64,000 nucleotides of DNA from Nanobdellota archaeon (GTDB taxonomy: Archaea > Nanobdellota > Nanobdellia > Parvarchaeales > Parvarchaeaceae), in the NCBI GenBank assembly GCA_021818905.1, contig JAKASS010000003.1, forward strand, positions 10,445 through 74,444, in the 5' to 3' direction. A program made the translations under genes and the position numbers. This document shows, in pieces, positions 10,046 through 18,937 of this stretch. The first letter of the stretch is position 1. The number at the start of each line of letters is the position of its first letter. The notes under the pieces are model-generated. The model did not search any database and had not been told where the DNA came from. It was given only the letters and a program-made list of their open reading frames with translations.

Positions 10046-10330
10046 ATGAAACACTCGCTAAAGCCAGTGCTTTTTATCGTGACGGCATTCGCTGGTCTAG
10101 CGGTGGGAATCGTGCTAGTTTCATTCACTTTATACCAATATCTCAGTCTAACCTCGCTCATCGGCGGAAGCCCAGCGTACACCATAGTCCTGGGACAGAG
10201 CGTTGTAAACTCTGAGGAGACAAATTATCTAGTAATAATGATCGCGGCGGTCCCTCTGATCTGCTTAAGCGCGTTCCTGATGTATCGCAGCGTTAGACGT
10301 CTAAGGCACCAGACGAAAAAAGCCCGCTAA
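10046..10330 (+). CDS. Small membrane protein
   Basis: 94 aa with two predicted TM helices and a basic C-terminus. Confidence 0.4.
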   Translation: MKHSLKPVLFIVTAFAGLAVGIVLVSFTLYQYLSLTSLIGGSPAYTIVLGQSVVNSEETNYLVIMIAAVPLICLSAFLMYRSVRRLRHQTKKAR

Positions 10331-11225
10331 TGAAGTCTTTTGCTTCATCTTTTTCATAGCCAGTAAACAGAAAGTCTCCCATATTCGATACGAAGACCGT
10401 CTTTTCCTCGTCTTTATACAAAAGTGCACTTCTGCCGTCTTTGAAATCTCCACCTTTGAGTTCTTGACTAAGTTTTCCCAGGTCTACCGGCCTTTGAATG
10501 GAAAATTTTATCCCGTTCCCGCACATCTGTATAAAGCCATTTTCAAGTCTATGTCTATAAGCATGTGCAGAACATGTTTCACACCTTTCGTCCTGGTTTA
10601 TCCTTACGGCAAAAATAGAAATCGGGTCTACTGAAAAACTGGTAAAAAGGTTCTGGCCCGTTTTTCGCTCCAAAAATGCGATGAGCCCGTCTGATATTAA
10701 TTTCCCCGCCGTAGCCGCAGAGTGCGCCGATATCCTGCTGCAGTCTTCTGCATCTTTCGGCTTTGAGTTACGGTATATGCAATTGAAGCATGCGTACTTC
10801 CAATCAACTATACAAAATAGTCCGTTGTTTCCTCTTAAAGATGCGAACAGAAATGGGATTTTTCGACGGGAACACGCATCGTTTATTATCAATCGTGTAC
10901 GGATGTTATCGGTTGCGTCTATTACCATATCGGCGCCCCCTATAACGCCATCTATTCTTAATTCGCCTACATAGAAGTGTTCGCTTATGAAATTTGTTTT
11001 GCTATTTTTACTTTCTAGGGCGGATTTCGCCGCATCGGATTTATACCTGAGAAATCGTGCGTCGTCTTCGGAGTAAAGTGCCTGGTTTTTTAGATTATCC
11101 TTGCTCACTATGTCCCCATCGACTATCTTTATGGAGGACAAATCTATTTTTCCCAGGTTTTCTAGGATTGCGCACCCCAACGCGCCTGCCCCTATCACGA
11201 CCAAATTAAATGTATTTAAATGCAT
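10293..11225 (-). CDS. ThiF/MoeB/HesA-family E1-like adenylyltransferase with a C-terminal extension
   Basis: Nucleotide-binding loop VIGAGALGCAILENL. CxxC-like pairs CFNC and CETC. About 150 extra C-terminal residues. Confidence 0.65.
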   Translation of the reverse strand: MHLNTFNLVVIGAGALGCAILENLGKIDLSSIKIVDGDIVSKDNLKNQALYSEDDARFLRYKSDAAKSALESKNSKTNFISEHFYVGELRIDGVIGGADMVIDATDNIRTRLIINDACSRRKIPFLFASLRGNNGLFCIVDWKYACFNCIYRNSKPKDAEDCSRISAHSAATAGKLISDGLIAFLERKTGQNLFTSFSVDPISIFAVRINQDERCETCSAHAYRHRLENGFIQMCGNGIKFSIQRPVDLGKLSQELKGGDFKDGRSALLYKDEEKTVFVSNMGDFLFTGYEKDEAKDFISGLFSSGALDV

Positions 11226-11249
11226 ATGCGCTCTATAACCTAATTAACA

Positions 11250-11266
11250 AATTATTTATATTTAAC
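11250..11266 (+). promoter_or_regulatory. TATA-box-like element of the rpoE operon promoter (leaderless-type spacing)
   Basis: ttatttatatttaa lies about 30-40 nt upstream of the rpoE ATG. Confidence 0.3.
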
Positions 11267-11293
11267 GAATATAGAAATTCGATGGAGGCATGA

Positions 11294-11848
11294 ATGTACG
11301 AAATTGTTACTTTAAGGGACAAGATAAGGGTAGAACCAAAGTCCCTTGGTAAAAATTATAAAGAAGCCATAAATAATCTTATAAAACAAAATTACGTGGG
11401 AAAAGTAATCGAGGACAAGATGCTTCTGGTCGGATTGATGTCCATAGACCGCGTTGAAGAAGGTCTAATAATACCGAATGATGCCTCTATATACTACGAT
11501 ACGGTTTTTAAGATGGTCGCTTTCGTCCCGTTGCTGCACGAAACGCTAAAAGGCCAGATTTCAAACATAAGTGAGATTGGTGCGATAGTAAACATAGGGC
11601 CGATAGATGGGCTTGCGCACATTTCACAGGCCATGGATGATTTTGTAGACTTCACAAGGAATGCATTGATCGGCAGGAAGACGAAGACCTCGCTGAAGGT
11701 CGGCGATTCTGTGCTGACAAACGTAATAGCAGTAAGTACGAGAGGGATAATGAAGATCGGACTTACAATGAGATCGCCTGGCTTGGGAAAACAGGGCGGA
11801 AAGAAAAAGGAAGAACGACCAAAGGCTGAAAAGCCCAAGAAAGAGTAA
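11294..11848 (+). CDS. rpoE: DNA-directed RNA polymerase subunit E' (Rpo7)
   Basis: N-terminal Rpb7-like domain plus an S1 domain. It is followed by Spt4, S24e and S27ae in the canonical archaeal order. Confidence 0.85.
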   Translation: MYEIVTLRDKIRVEPKSLGKNYKEAINNLIKQNYVGKVIEDKMLLVGLMSIDRVEEGLIIPNDASIYYDTVFKMVAFVPLLHETLKGQISNISEIGAIVNIGPIDGLAHISQAMDDFVDFTRNALIGRKTKTSLKVGDSVLTNVIAVSTRGIMKIGLTMRSPGLGKQGGKKKEERPKAEKPKKE

Positions 11849-11853
11849 TAATT

Positions 11854-12039
11854 ATGTCACTAAAGGCTTGCAAAGTTTGCAGTTATCTAACGGAAGAGAA
11901 AAAATGCCCTATGTGCGGCGGCGATGAACTTTCACTTAAGTGGAAAGGCCAAGTTGTAATATCAAATCCAGAAAAATCAGAGACCGCAAAGAAACTCGGG
12001 ATAACAAAGCCTGGCAAATACGCGCTTTCGGTAGCTTAA
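11854..12039 (+). CDS. spt4: Transcription elongation factor Spt4 / RNA polymerase subunit E''
   Basis: 61 aa zinc ribbon with CKVC...CPMCG. Confidence 0.8.
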   Translation: MSLKACKVCSYLTEEKKCPMCGGDELSLKWKGQVVISNPEKSETAKKLGITKPGKYALSVA

Positions 12040-12040
12040 G

Positions 12041-12352
12041 ATGGAATTAAAAATAACATCAAAAACGAACGATAAGTATCTCGATAGAACCCTAATAAAT
12101 TTCTCCTTAAAGACCGAACCGAAAGAAACGGTCAAAATAGACGACGTTAAAAAGAAACTCGCGGAACATTTCCCAGAAGGTTTCTTGGTAGTTTACACTT
12201 TAAAAAATGTATACGGTTCACGAGAGATAAACGGGGTCGCGCATGTTTACAAAGATGAAGAAAGCGCCAAGAAAGTGCTGCAAAAATTTATCCTGAAGAA
12301 GAATGGTGTAGTATATGCCGAAAAGCAAAAAGAAGAAAAGGGAACCAAGTAA
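12041..12352 (+). CDS. rps24e: Ribosomal protein eS24
   Basis: 103 aa with the S24e pattern and the operon position. Confidence 0.8.
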   Translation: MELKITSKTNDKYLDRTLINFSLKTEPKETVKIDDVKKKLAEHFPEGFLVVYTLKNVYGSREINGVAHVYKDEESAKKVLQKFILKKNGVVYAEKQKEEKGTK

Positions 12353-12503
12353 CGTTTGGGGGCTGTATAAAGTAGACGACGGAAGAGCCGTTACAAAGAA
12401 CAAGAGCTGTCCTAAATGTGGCTCCGGCGTTTTTCTGGCAGAACATGGCAATAGGGAAAGCTGCGGCAAATGCGGTTACACCGTCTTTAAAACGAAAAAG
12501 TAG
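12315..12503 (+). CDS. rps27ae: Ribosomal protein eS31 (S27ae)
   Basis: 62 aa with a basic N-terminus and a CPKCG...CGKCG zinc ribbon. It overlaps S24e by 38 nt in another frame. Confidence 0.8.
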   Translation: MPKSKKKKREPSNVWGLYKVDDGRAVTKNKSCPKCGSGVFLAEHGNRESCGKCGYTVFKTKK

Positions 12504-12514
12504 CTTTGGTTCTT

Positions 12515-13261
12515 TTAGTTTTTGATGCACTTGAATATTATAGTCGGTGGAACCATGTGCACCAATTTCCTCCTGTAACCATGACCCCATACTTTATCAT
12601 CTGGATCAAAAGGCTCTATTATTTTTACCAGCTTAAGTCCACTGTCGGTTATACTATCGCAAATGCCGCTTATTTTTCTTCTGTACATAAAGAATTTATG
12701 TTTACTCCCGTCTGGCCAGGTCTCTTCTTCTTTTGTCTGCCCAGTCTTTTGATAGCTATTGGATAGTGTCATGCCGTTTGGCTCTATCAAAAGATAGAAA
12801 GGGTGTTCAAAACTAAATACAAAAATCCCGTTTTTCTTCAATATTCTTTTCACTTCTGTAAAAACTTTGCTTAAGTCTCCAGCATACTGCAGCGCAAGGA
12901 TGGAAACTACGATGTCATAAGAATTGTTTCTAAAGATTTTTAGATTAGAAAATGAATTTTTTATGAACTTTACGTCCACGGAATTCGCATTTGCAAGTTT
13001 GGCTGCGTATCCTAACTGCTTCGCCGAGATATCTATACCGGTACAAATTGCGCCTTTTTTCGCTAGCGAAATTGCGCACTGACCGCCTCCACAGCCTAAG
13101 TCTAAAACCTGCTTGCCGTTTACACTTCCAAGTAACTTGAGTTTATTTTCTGTAGAAGCAAATGGACCATAACTGACGGTCTTCAATCTGTCGCCGCTTA
13201 TTTCTTTTTGGTAGTATTCCGCTGCTTCGTCCCACCATCTTTCTATCTCTTTTTCAGTCAT
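12515..13261 (-). CDS. Class I SAM-dependent methyltransferase
   Basis: Motif I VLDLGCGGG with the acidic residue after strand beta2. Methyltransf_11-like. Confidence 0.7.
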   Translation of the reverse strand: MTEKEIERWWDEAAEYYQKEISGDRLKTVSYGPFASTENKLKLLGSVNGKQVLDLGCGGGQCAISLAKKGAICTGIDISAKQLGYAAKLANANSVDVKFIKNSFSNLKIFRNNSYDIVVSILALQYAGDLSKVFTEVKRILKKNGIFVFSFEHPFYLLIEPNGMTLSNSYQKTGQTKEEETWPDGSKHKFFMYRRKISGICDSITDSGLKLVKIIEPFDPDDKVWGHGYRRKLVHMVPPTIIFKCIKN

Positions 13262-13328
13262 ACCCCTATCACTTTGACCTAAGGCTAAAAATATAAAGTT
13301 AAATTTGACTGGACATTATTGATAGACT

Positions 13329-14291
13329 ATGTACGTATTAGGAATAGAGAGTACCGCACATACTTTTGGAGTGGGCATAATAAAAGACGGCGAAGTATTA
13401 GCAAATGAAAGAGACATTTACAGGCCAAAGGCCGGCGGGATAATACCGGGCGAGGCTGCTCTCCATCATTATGAACTTGGACCCATCATACTAAAACGCG
13501 CGCTGGACAAAGCGAAAGTATCCCTGAGCCAAATCGATTTATTTGCCTTTTCCCAAGGGCCTGGCCTGCTGCCTTGCCTTAAAGTAGGATACCAAATGAC
13601 AAAATTCTTGGCAGATAAGTATGATAAAAAGATAATTGGAGTAAATCACTGTGTAGCCCATATAGAGATAGCTAGAAAAGTCACGGGTCTAAACGATCCC
13701 GTCATGCTATATGTAAGTGGCGGAAACACCCAAGTTGTAACCTACGAAAACGGCAGGTATGTAGTTTTTGGGGAGACTCAAGACATAGGTATAGGCAATC
13801 TTTTAGACAAGACTGGTCGAAGGCTCGGAATCCCTTTTCCTGCTGGTCCTAAGATCGAGGAACTAGCAAAGCAGGGTAAAAATTACATAAAGTTACCGTA
13901 CGTGATAAAAGGCATGGACGTAAGTTTTTCTGGCATAGAAACTTTCGTTTCGCAGATAATTGGAAAGCATAAGATGGAAGACATATGTTTTTCGCTGCAA
14001 GAAACCGTCTTTGCGATGCTTATGGAAGCAAGCGAGAGAGCGATGGCTTACTGTAAAAAAGACAGCTTGATAATAGCGGGGGGTGTCGCGGCAAACACGC
14101 GTTTAAACAAGATGGGAAAAATAATGTGCGATGAACGCAATGCAAGATTCGAGTTTATGAAAAAGGAATACGCCGGAGACAACGGTGCGATGATCGCCTT
14201 TACTGGTTATTTGATGCGTGATTATGTTCAGGACGATTTAAGTCCCAGACCAGATTTTAGAACAGACGCGGTTGAAATAAAATACAGGTAA
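13329..14291 (+). CDS. kae1: tRNA N6-threonylcarbamoyladenosine synthase Kae1
   Basis: N-terminal MYVLGIESTAHTFGVGI. Kae1/TsaD family, 320 aa. Confidence 0.9.
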   Translation: MYVLGIESTAHTFGVGIIKDGEVLANERDIYRPKAGGIIPGEAALHHYELGPIILKRALDKAKVSLSQIDLFAFSQGPGLLPCLKVGYQMTKFLADKYDKKIIGVNHCVAHIEIARKVTGLNDPVMLYVSGGNTQVVTYENGRYVVFGETQDIGIGNLLDKTGRRLGIPFPAGPKIEELAKQGKNYIKLPYVIKGMDVSFSGIETFVSQIIGKHKMEDICFSLQETVFAMLMEASERAMAYCKKDSLIIAGGVAANTRLNKMGKIMCDERNARFEFMKKEYAGDNGAMIAFTGYLMRDYVQDDLSPRPDFRTDAVEIKYR

Positions 14292-14292
14292 T

Positions 14293-14988
14293 ATGCCGAT
14301 AAACGCCCCTCAAGAATATTACGACCTAGAAATTAAGTATAGCCGGGAGAAAAATCTTGATGAAAAGAAGAAAATTCTACAACAGATGATGCGAGTGCTG
14401 CCTAAACACAAAGGAACAGATAAGGCATTTGCTTTTCTTAAGAGGAAAATGTCTCTTTTGAAAAAAGAAATGAGTTATTCTCCCCAAGTTCATAAAACGA
14501 TTTCGATTAGAAAACGCTGGCCGAGAGTTTGCCTTGTCGGTTATGAACCTGAACTAATCCTGAAGGATTTCAATCTCGCCAAAGTAGCTACCGTATACTA
14601 TGGAATCATCAGGATAAACGACATGAAGATACAGCTTCTTTTGGTGCCAAACTTCGAGAAATATAAAGAATTCGTAAATTCGAGTGAAGTCGTGATATCA
14701 AAAAACGCGATAGCTGATTTAAAGGTCTTTGAAATAGTTACCGATTCACCGGATGTAGAATCGTCAATAAAAAGCTATGGGATAATAGGCGTGTACACGG
14801 AGAAATCGGACGAAGCCGTACCTATAATGAAAGGCGATACCGTATACGACATTGCAAAAACCCTGGGGCTAAAAACAGGAAAGGACGGCTACGCAGTAGT
14901 CTATGGAAAAAATCTAAAATTCCAAGGCCAGCGGGTAGGGATGAAATACAAACTAAACGACGGGGACAGGGTGTCGATAAAAGCATGA
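14293..14988 (+). CDS. DRG/Rbg1-like protein with a degenerate (probably inactive) G domain and a C-terminal TGS domain
   Basis: A DRG-like N-terminal helix is followed by RVCLVGYEPELIL where the P-loop GxPxxGKST is expected, and LLLVPN where the G3 DxxG motif is expected. The C-terminal TGS domain reads GDTVYDIAKTL...DGDRVSIK. The gene is translationally coupled to bud32. Confidence 0.5.
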   Translation: MPINAPQEYYDLEIKYSREKNLDEKKKILQQMMRVLPKHKGTDKAFAFLKRKMSLLKKEMSYSPQVHKTISIRKRWPRVCLVGYEPELILKDFNLAKVATVYYGIIRINDMKIQLLLVPNFEKYKEFVNSSEVVISKNAIADLKVFEIVTDSPDVESSIKSYGIIGVYTEKSDEAVPIMKGDTVYDIAKTLGLKTGKDGYAVVYGKNLKFQGQRVGMKYKLNDGDRVSIKA

Positions 14989-15581
14989 AAGTAATAGCAC
15001 GCGGTGCAGAGGCGATAGTTTACGAAAACGGGGACGAAATAGTAAAATACCGCGAAGAAAAGAAATACAGGGTCCCGGAAATAGACCTCCCCCTGAGAAA
15101 AGGCAGGACAAAAAGAGAGTTTACCGCCTTGAGCACATGCAGCAGGGCGGGATTGAAAGTACCAAAACCGATAAAGATCTCATCAGAAGGCGATAAGCTC
15201 CATATGGAAAAAATCGATGGGAAACAGTTTGACTATGTGTTTTCCGTAGATAAGATGAAGGACATAGGGATTCTCCTGGCGTCTATAAACGAACTTGGCA
15301 TAGTACATGGAGACCTGACGACCGCAAACATCCTCGCTAAAGGCGAAGAAATCTATTTCATAGATTTTGGATTAAGCTACTTCTCCAAAAAAGACGAAGA
15401 CCATGCAACCGACCTTTTCCTGTTCAAAAACGCCCTAAAAGCGAGGCACCCAAATGAATTCAAAAAGGCCTACCGGCTATTTATCGAAGGTTATGAGAAG
15501 ACGATGGGAAAAGAATTTAAAGGGATAGAGACACATCTTAAAGATATAGAACGTAGAGGAAGATATCATGAAAATGGTTAA
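14985..15581 (+). CDS. bud32: Bud32/PRPK atypical protein kinase (KEOPS subunit)
   Basis: 198 aa with an HGDLTTANIL catalytic loop and DFG-like IDFG. It is adjacent to kae1. Confidence 0.85.
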   Translation: MKVIARGAEAIVYENGDEIVKYREEKKYRVPEIDLPLRKGRTKREFTALSTCSRAGLKVPKPIKISSEGDKLHMEKIDGKQFDYVFSVDKMKDIGILLASINELGIVHGDLTTANILAKGEEIYFIDFGLSYFSKKDEDHATDLFLFKNALKARHPNEFKKAYRLFIEGYEKTMGKEFKGIETHLKDIERRGRYHENG

Positions 15582-15993
15582 GATAAAAAGTAAATTCGTG
15601 CCACACTGGCTCAATTATACCCCCGAAGAGGTAGAAAAGATGATACTCAACAAGTACCAGAAGGGGATGACGAAGTCACAGATAGGCTTGGCTTTGAGGG
15701 ACCAATACGGTATCCCTTCCGTCAAAGACCTTACAAAAAGCAACGTAGGAAAGATACTAAAAAGCAGAGAAATAAAGGAAGAGCTTCCAGAAGATCTTGT
15801 CGCGCTTTATAAAAAGGCTGTAAAATTACATATGCACGTCGATAAAGAGAAAAAGGACAAGGCCTCAAAAAGAAGTTTGGTAGTCTTAGAAAACAGGATA
15901 AAAAGGCTGATAAATTATTACAAAGACAGGAAAACGCTGCCTCCGGCCTATGCTTACAGCCTTGAAAATGCAAGATTGGTAGTCAAGTTATGA
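15568..15993 (+). CDS. rps15: Ribosomal protein uS15 (S15P/S13e)
   Basis: Matches S13e: VPHWL..TPEEVEK.I....KGMT.SQIGL.LRD..G..SVK, and a C-terminal RKTLPP. Confidence 0.8.
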   Translation: MKMVKIKSKFVPHWLNYTPEEVEKMILNKYQKGMTKSQIGLALRDQYGIPSVKDLTKSNVGKILKSREIKEELPEDLVALYKKAVKLHMHVDKEKKDKASKRSLVVLENRIKRLINYYKDRKTLPPAYAYSLENARLVVKL

Positions 15994-16523
15994 ACGAAAA
16001 TAATTCTTGGTTTAAAGTCATCGTGCCGCATCTCGACAATTTCAATGTCGGGGAAATATTCGGAAACGAAGACAATGTCGTTGGCCGAAAGGTTTCGTGC
16101 AGCGCATCGGAACTGAGGGAAATAAAAGCAAGGATGGGCTATAGACTTGTTTTTAGGGTCGCGTCCGTATCCGGATCTGAATGCAAAGCGGATCTTGATT
16201 CGCTTATACTATCAAGAGAGCAAGTAGGAAGACTGGTTAGACATAATGTATCAAAGATGGATATTGTCATACCAGTAACCATAGAAGGAAAACCTTATGC
16301 CGTAAAAATCGTCTGCGCGATAAACAAAGCCGAGAACAAATATAAAAAGGCAGTCAAGAGAGAGATAAAAGACTTTGTTGAAGCTGAAGTAAAAGACGCA
16401 AAATTAAAAGACGTTTTCGCTGACGCTATGACTAACAAGACTCAAAATAAACTGCACAAGAAACTTGAGAAGATATACCCGACAAGAGTCGCTGAGATAA
16501 GAGCAATAACGCCTAGAGCCTAA
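15990..16523 (+). CDS. rps3ae: Ribosomal protein eS1 (S3Ae)
   Basis: WFKVIVP..F......G......GRKVS.SASEL pattern. Translationally coupled to uS15. Confidence 0.75.
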   Translation: MNENNSWFKVIVPHLDNFNVGEIFGNEDNVVGRKVSCSASELREIKARMGYRLVFRVASVSGSECKADLDSLILSREQVGRLVRHNVSKMDIVIPVTIEGKPYAVKIVCAINKAENKYKKAVKREIKDFVEAEVKDAKLKDVFADAMTNKTQNKLHKKLEKIYPTRVAEIRAITPRA

Positions 16524-16596
16524 ACGTTTTAAACCTTCTTTTGGCGATTATTTCTACTTAGCTAATTTTTATTCACCTTTAAAATGTATGCCGAAA

Positions 16597-16679
16597 TGGA
16601 CTCGGGGGGATTTGAACCCCCAGTCTTTCCCAATCTGGATCTTTGCCATGGGAACGCGGTGCCGTTGCGCCACGAGCCC
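16597..16679 (-). tRNA. tRNA-Ala(GGC) with an 11-nt insert in the anticodon arm, likely an archaeal intron; CCA is not encoded
   Basis: Cloverleaf folded by hand. Acceptor stem GGGCUCG/CGAGUCC with the G3:U70 Ala identity pair. T arm GGGGG-UUCAAAU-CCCCC. Anticodon stem UUCCC/GGGAA around the loop AUGGCA(A/U). 83 nt total. Confidence 0.65.
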
Positions 16680-16784
16680 TATAATTATAGCAGCCCTCAA
16701 AAGTAATCCTACACTCCGTCCTTTAATGTCTTTCTGAGAGGATTCAGAGAGCACACGCTCATCGCCTCTTCCGAAGACACGGAC

Positions 16785-17243
16785 TTGACGAACCTCGCCA
16801 TCGCAAAGGCCATTTGCCTTGCGGACCTAAAGAAGCGGTTGTTAAGCAGCTTCCCGCGGATATGGTTCACCGGTATTCCTGTGGATCGAGCCAACTCCCT
16901 TCCCTTCAAGATAAAGCTGGAGGCTCTTCGTGTCCCACATTGTGATGCTGAAGTGGAAACACGAGAAGACGCTGTCGGACAAGCCCAGAGAGGGAAGACC
17001 GCCATCCTTTGGAGAGAAGGAGAAGAAAGGGATGAAGAAGCTGATAGAGGAGAACGATCCTTCAAAGCACGGTTATAATATTACGTCGTATACCGTAGAA
17101 CGGTCGACCATACAGAATCTGGCTGCCGCGGTTATTTCCTCTCCCGTGCTTATAGAATGAAGGACAAAGTACCTTATCTTTTCGTTCGGATCCCTGCACT
17201 CCTTTGCCCTTCTCCTCAATAACTCTTCATCTTCTTCTAACAT
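16785..17243 (+). pseudogene. Degenerate IS630/Tc1-family transposase remnant (HTH plus GRP-hinge fragments, no DDE domain), GC-richer than its flanks
   Basis: Plus-strand frames give LKWKHEKTLSDKPREGRPPSF...LIEENDPSKHGY (IS630 DKPRSGRPP and E..P..GY motifs) across frameshifts. The minus strand at 17243-17075 gives an HTH-like MLEEDEELLRRRAKE...ISTGEEITAAARFCMVDRSTVYDV. The region sits immediately beside tRNA-Ala. Confidence 0.45.
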
Positions 17244-17375
17244 CTGAAAAGCCCCTTTCCCTCCGACTTTGGCTTTCCTCCACCTTCTTATGCTATTATT
17301 AAGAACGTTACCTCCCGAAATCCTTTTCGGTTCCCTATTTTGGTGTCGGATTACTTCTGTGGAGAGCTATAATTA

Positions 17376-18503
17376 TCATTTCTTGTAATCTTCGGAGTCT
17401 ACGAAATGACCCCCCCTGTCTTTCTTGTCTCCGGCTTTCCAGCGGAAAATCGTTTTGCCCCCCTTGTCTACTTCTATTCTTTTACCTTTTAAGTCTAGGT
17501 CCTTAAGCTTAGTAGTCCCTTTTCCTGATCCACCCCAAAATCCCGTTTTTTCTTTGGCTGGCGGCGTCCATTCTTTCAATGGGCCTTTATCCGACTTTAG
17601 AGCAGGTGGTGGCAACCATTCTTTTATTGGGCCACGAGTCGACCTGGGTGCCGGTGGAGGGAGGTGCTCTATTTTTATACCACTCGTGCCTTTCTCCCGG
17701 ACAACGTTTGTCGATTTACCATGCGCAAAGATATACCAGACTATTATTCCCACGAATACTAAGCCATAGAATATTAGCGAAAGCGGGCTAAGCAGGAATG
17801 CGCCTGCCCCTGGCACGAAGAAGAATATTATCAAGCCTAAGATCAATATTGGGATTATCGCCTTTAGTCCTGGGTGGGTCGTACTTCTGAAAGCTCTTAT
17901 CAAGAGCACTATTACTCCTACAACCAAGGCACCGACTATTATGAGCGGCAATATGCCTAGTACGTTTACATGCAATGCGTTATCAACCGAACTTGCTAAA
18001 GAGGAATTATTCGACAGCAGAAGATAGAACAATACCGCTAAAAGGATCAGGCCGACTACTCTAGAAAAAGCTGAGCCACCTCTTCTTGTGGGTATCAAAA
18101 GCACTATCAAGAGTATCGCCATTACCGCCGCCATCACGGAGACTGTAAGGAAAAGACTCAAGTAAGAAGAGTTAGTGTAAAGGAATACGAAAGTTATGGC
18201 TGCAAAAACGAACGCTATTGCCGCTGCACCGCCACCAAGCGTCGTCCTCTGGAGCATCTGGTAGAATATCACGAATATTACAAGTGCAAAAAGAGCTGCG
18301 TATATCGGCGTACTTTGAGAGCCTATGGTGAATGCGCCGAAAAGGCTGCTACTGCTGCTAGAACTTGTTCCAGTGCTTAGTGCATTTACCGAAGGCACGA
18401 CTGCAAGTATCGCTAAAAGCCCTAACGTCCACAAAAGCTTTGACATAATAACTATTGAACGGGATACATATTTAACGATGTGAACTGCCCCGAGCTTCCG
18501 CAT
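17376..18503 (-). CDS. Polytopic membrane protein with a Pro-rich tandem-repeat C-terminal tail
   Basis: 375 aa with 8-9 TM helices. The tail repeats are EHLPPPAPRSTRGPIKEW / LPPPALKSDKGPLKEW / TPPAKEKTGFW. Confidence 0.55.
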   Translation of the reverse strand: MRKLGAVHIVKYVSRSIVIMSKLLWTLGLLAILAVVPSVNALSTGTSSSSSSSLFGAFTIGSQSTPIYAALFALVIFVIFYQMLQRTTLGGGAAAIAFVFAAITFVFLYTNSSYLSLFLTVSVMAAVMAILLIVLLIPTRRGGSAFSRVVGLILLAVLFYLLLSNNSSLASSVDNALHVNVLGILPLIIVGALVVGVIVLLIRAFRSTTHPGLKAIIPILILGLIIFFFVPGAGAFLLSPLSLIFYGLVFVGIIVWYIFAHGKSTNVVREKGTSGIKIEHLPPPAPRSTRGPIKEWLPPPALKSDKGPLKEWTPPAKEKTGFWGGSGKGTTKLKDLDLKGKRIEVDKGGKTIFRWKAGDKKDRGGHFVDSEDYKK

Positions 18504-18686
18504 GGAGCTTCTCGTTTCAACGTCCCGTAGCCTTGTTCTTCCATATCTTTCTTATTATTCTCATAGTATTATACAATAATTATTGTTATAAAATACTGTT
18601 ATTTACCGCCTTTCATCCCGTTAAAGCTTAGCCTTGGAAAGGTTTATTATTATATACTCTTATATAAAATTATAGCAATTTACACT

Positions 18687-18926
18687 ATGAAAGAGGAAGA
18701 TTTGGTGCTTAAGGGTAAAAATAAGAAATTGATGATAAAACGCTCAGAAGAAGCGCCTTCCGAAGAAGAAACTCTTTCTCAGACGGAATTTGAGGACATG
18801 AATTGCCCTAAATGCAATAAAAAGAAGGTAATCTCATGGATGGAACAGACCAGGGCTTCTGACGAGCCTCCGACAAGATTCTATAAATGTCTTAACTGCA
18901 ACCACACTTGGCGTGAATACAGCTGA
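18687..18926 (+). CDS. tfs: TFIIS/TFS-type C-terminal zinc-ribbon protein (TFS/RpoM-like) lacking the N-terminal zinc ribbon
   Basis: CPKCNKKKVISWMEQTRASDEPPTRFYKCLNCNHTW has a TFIIS-type C4 ribbon with an acidic SDE hairpin. The first 40 aa are acidic and contain no Cys. Confidence 0.6.
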   Translation: MKEEDLVLKGKNKKLMIKRSEEAPSEEETLSQTEFEDMNCPKCNKKKVISWMEQTRASDEPPTRFYKCLNCNHTWREYS

Positions 18927-18937
18927 GATAAAAACTA

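Noticed and set aside
12506-12766. 86-aa plus-strand ORF
   Set aside because: It is fully antisense to the well-supported methyltransferase gene and has a low-complexity Phe/Tyr-rich translation.
16569-16754. 61-aa track ORF on the minus strand
   Set aside because: It lies entirely over the tRNA-Ala gene and its flank, so it is a spurious reading frame.
16709-17065. Minus-strand 118-aa ORF starting MKDRSPLS, which superficially resembles the IS630 KDRSGRP hinge
   Set aside because: The similarity does not continue past 5 residues. The opposite (plus) strand gives the extended DKPREGRPP...E..P..GY match, so this is treated as the antisense frame of the remnant.
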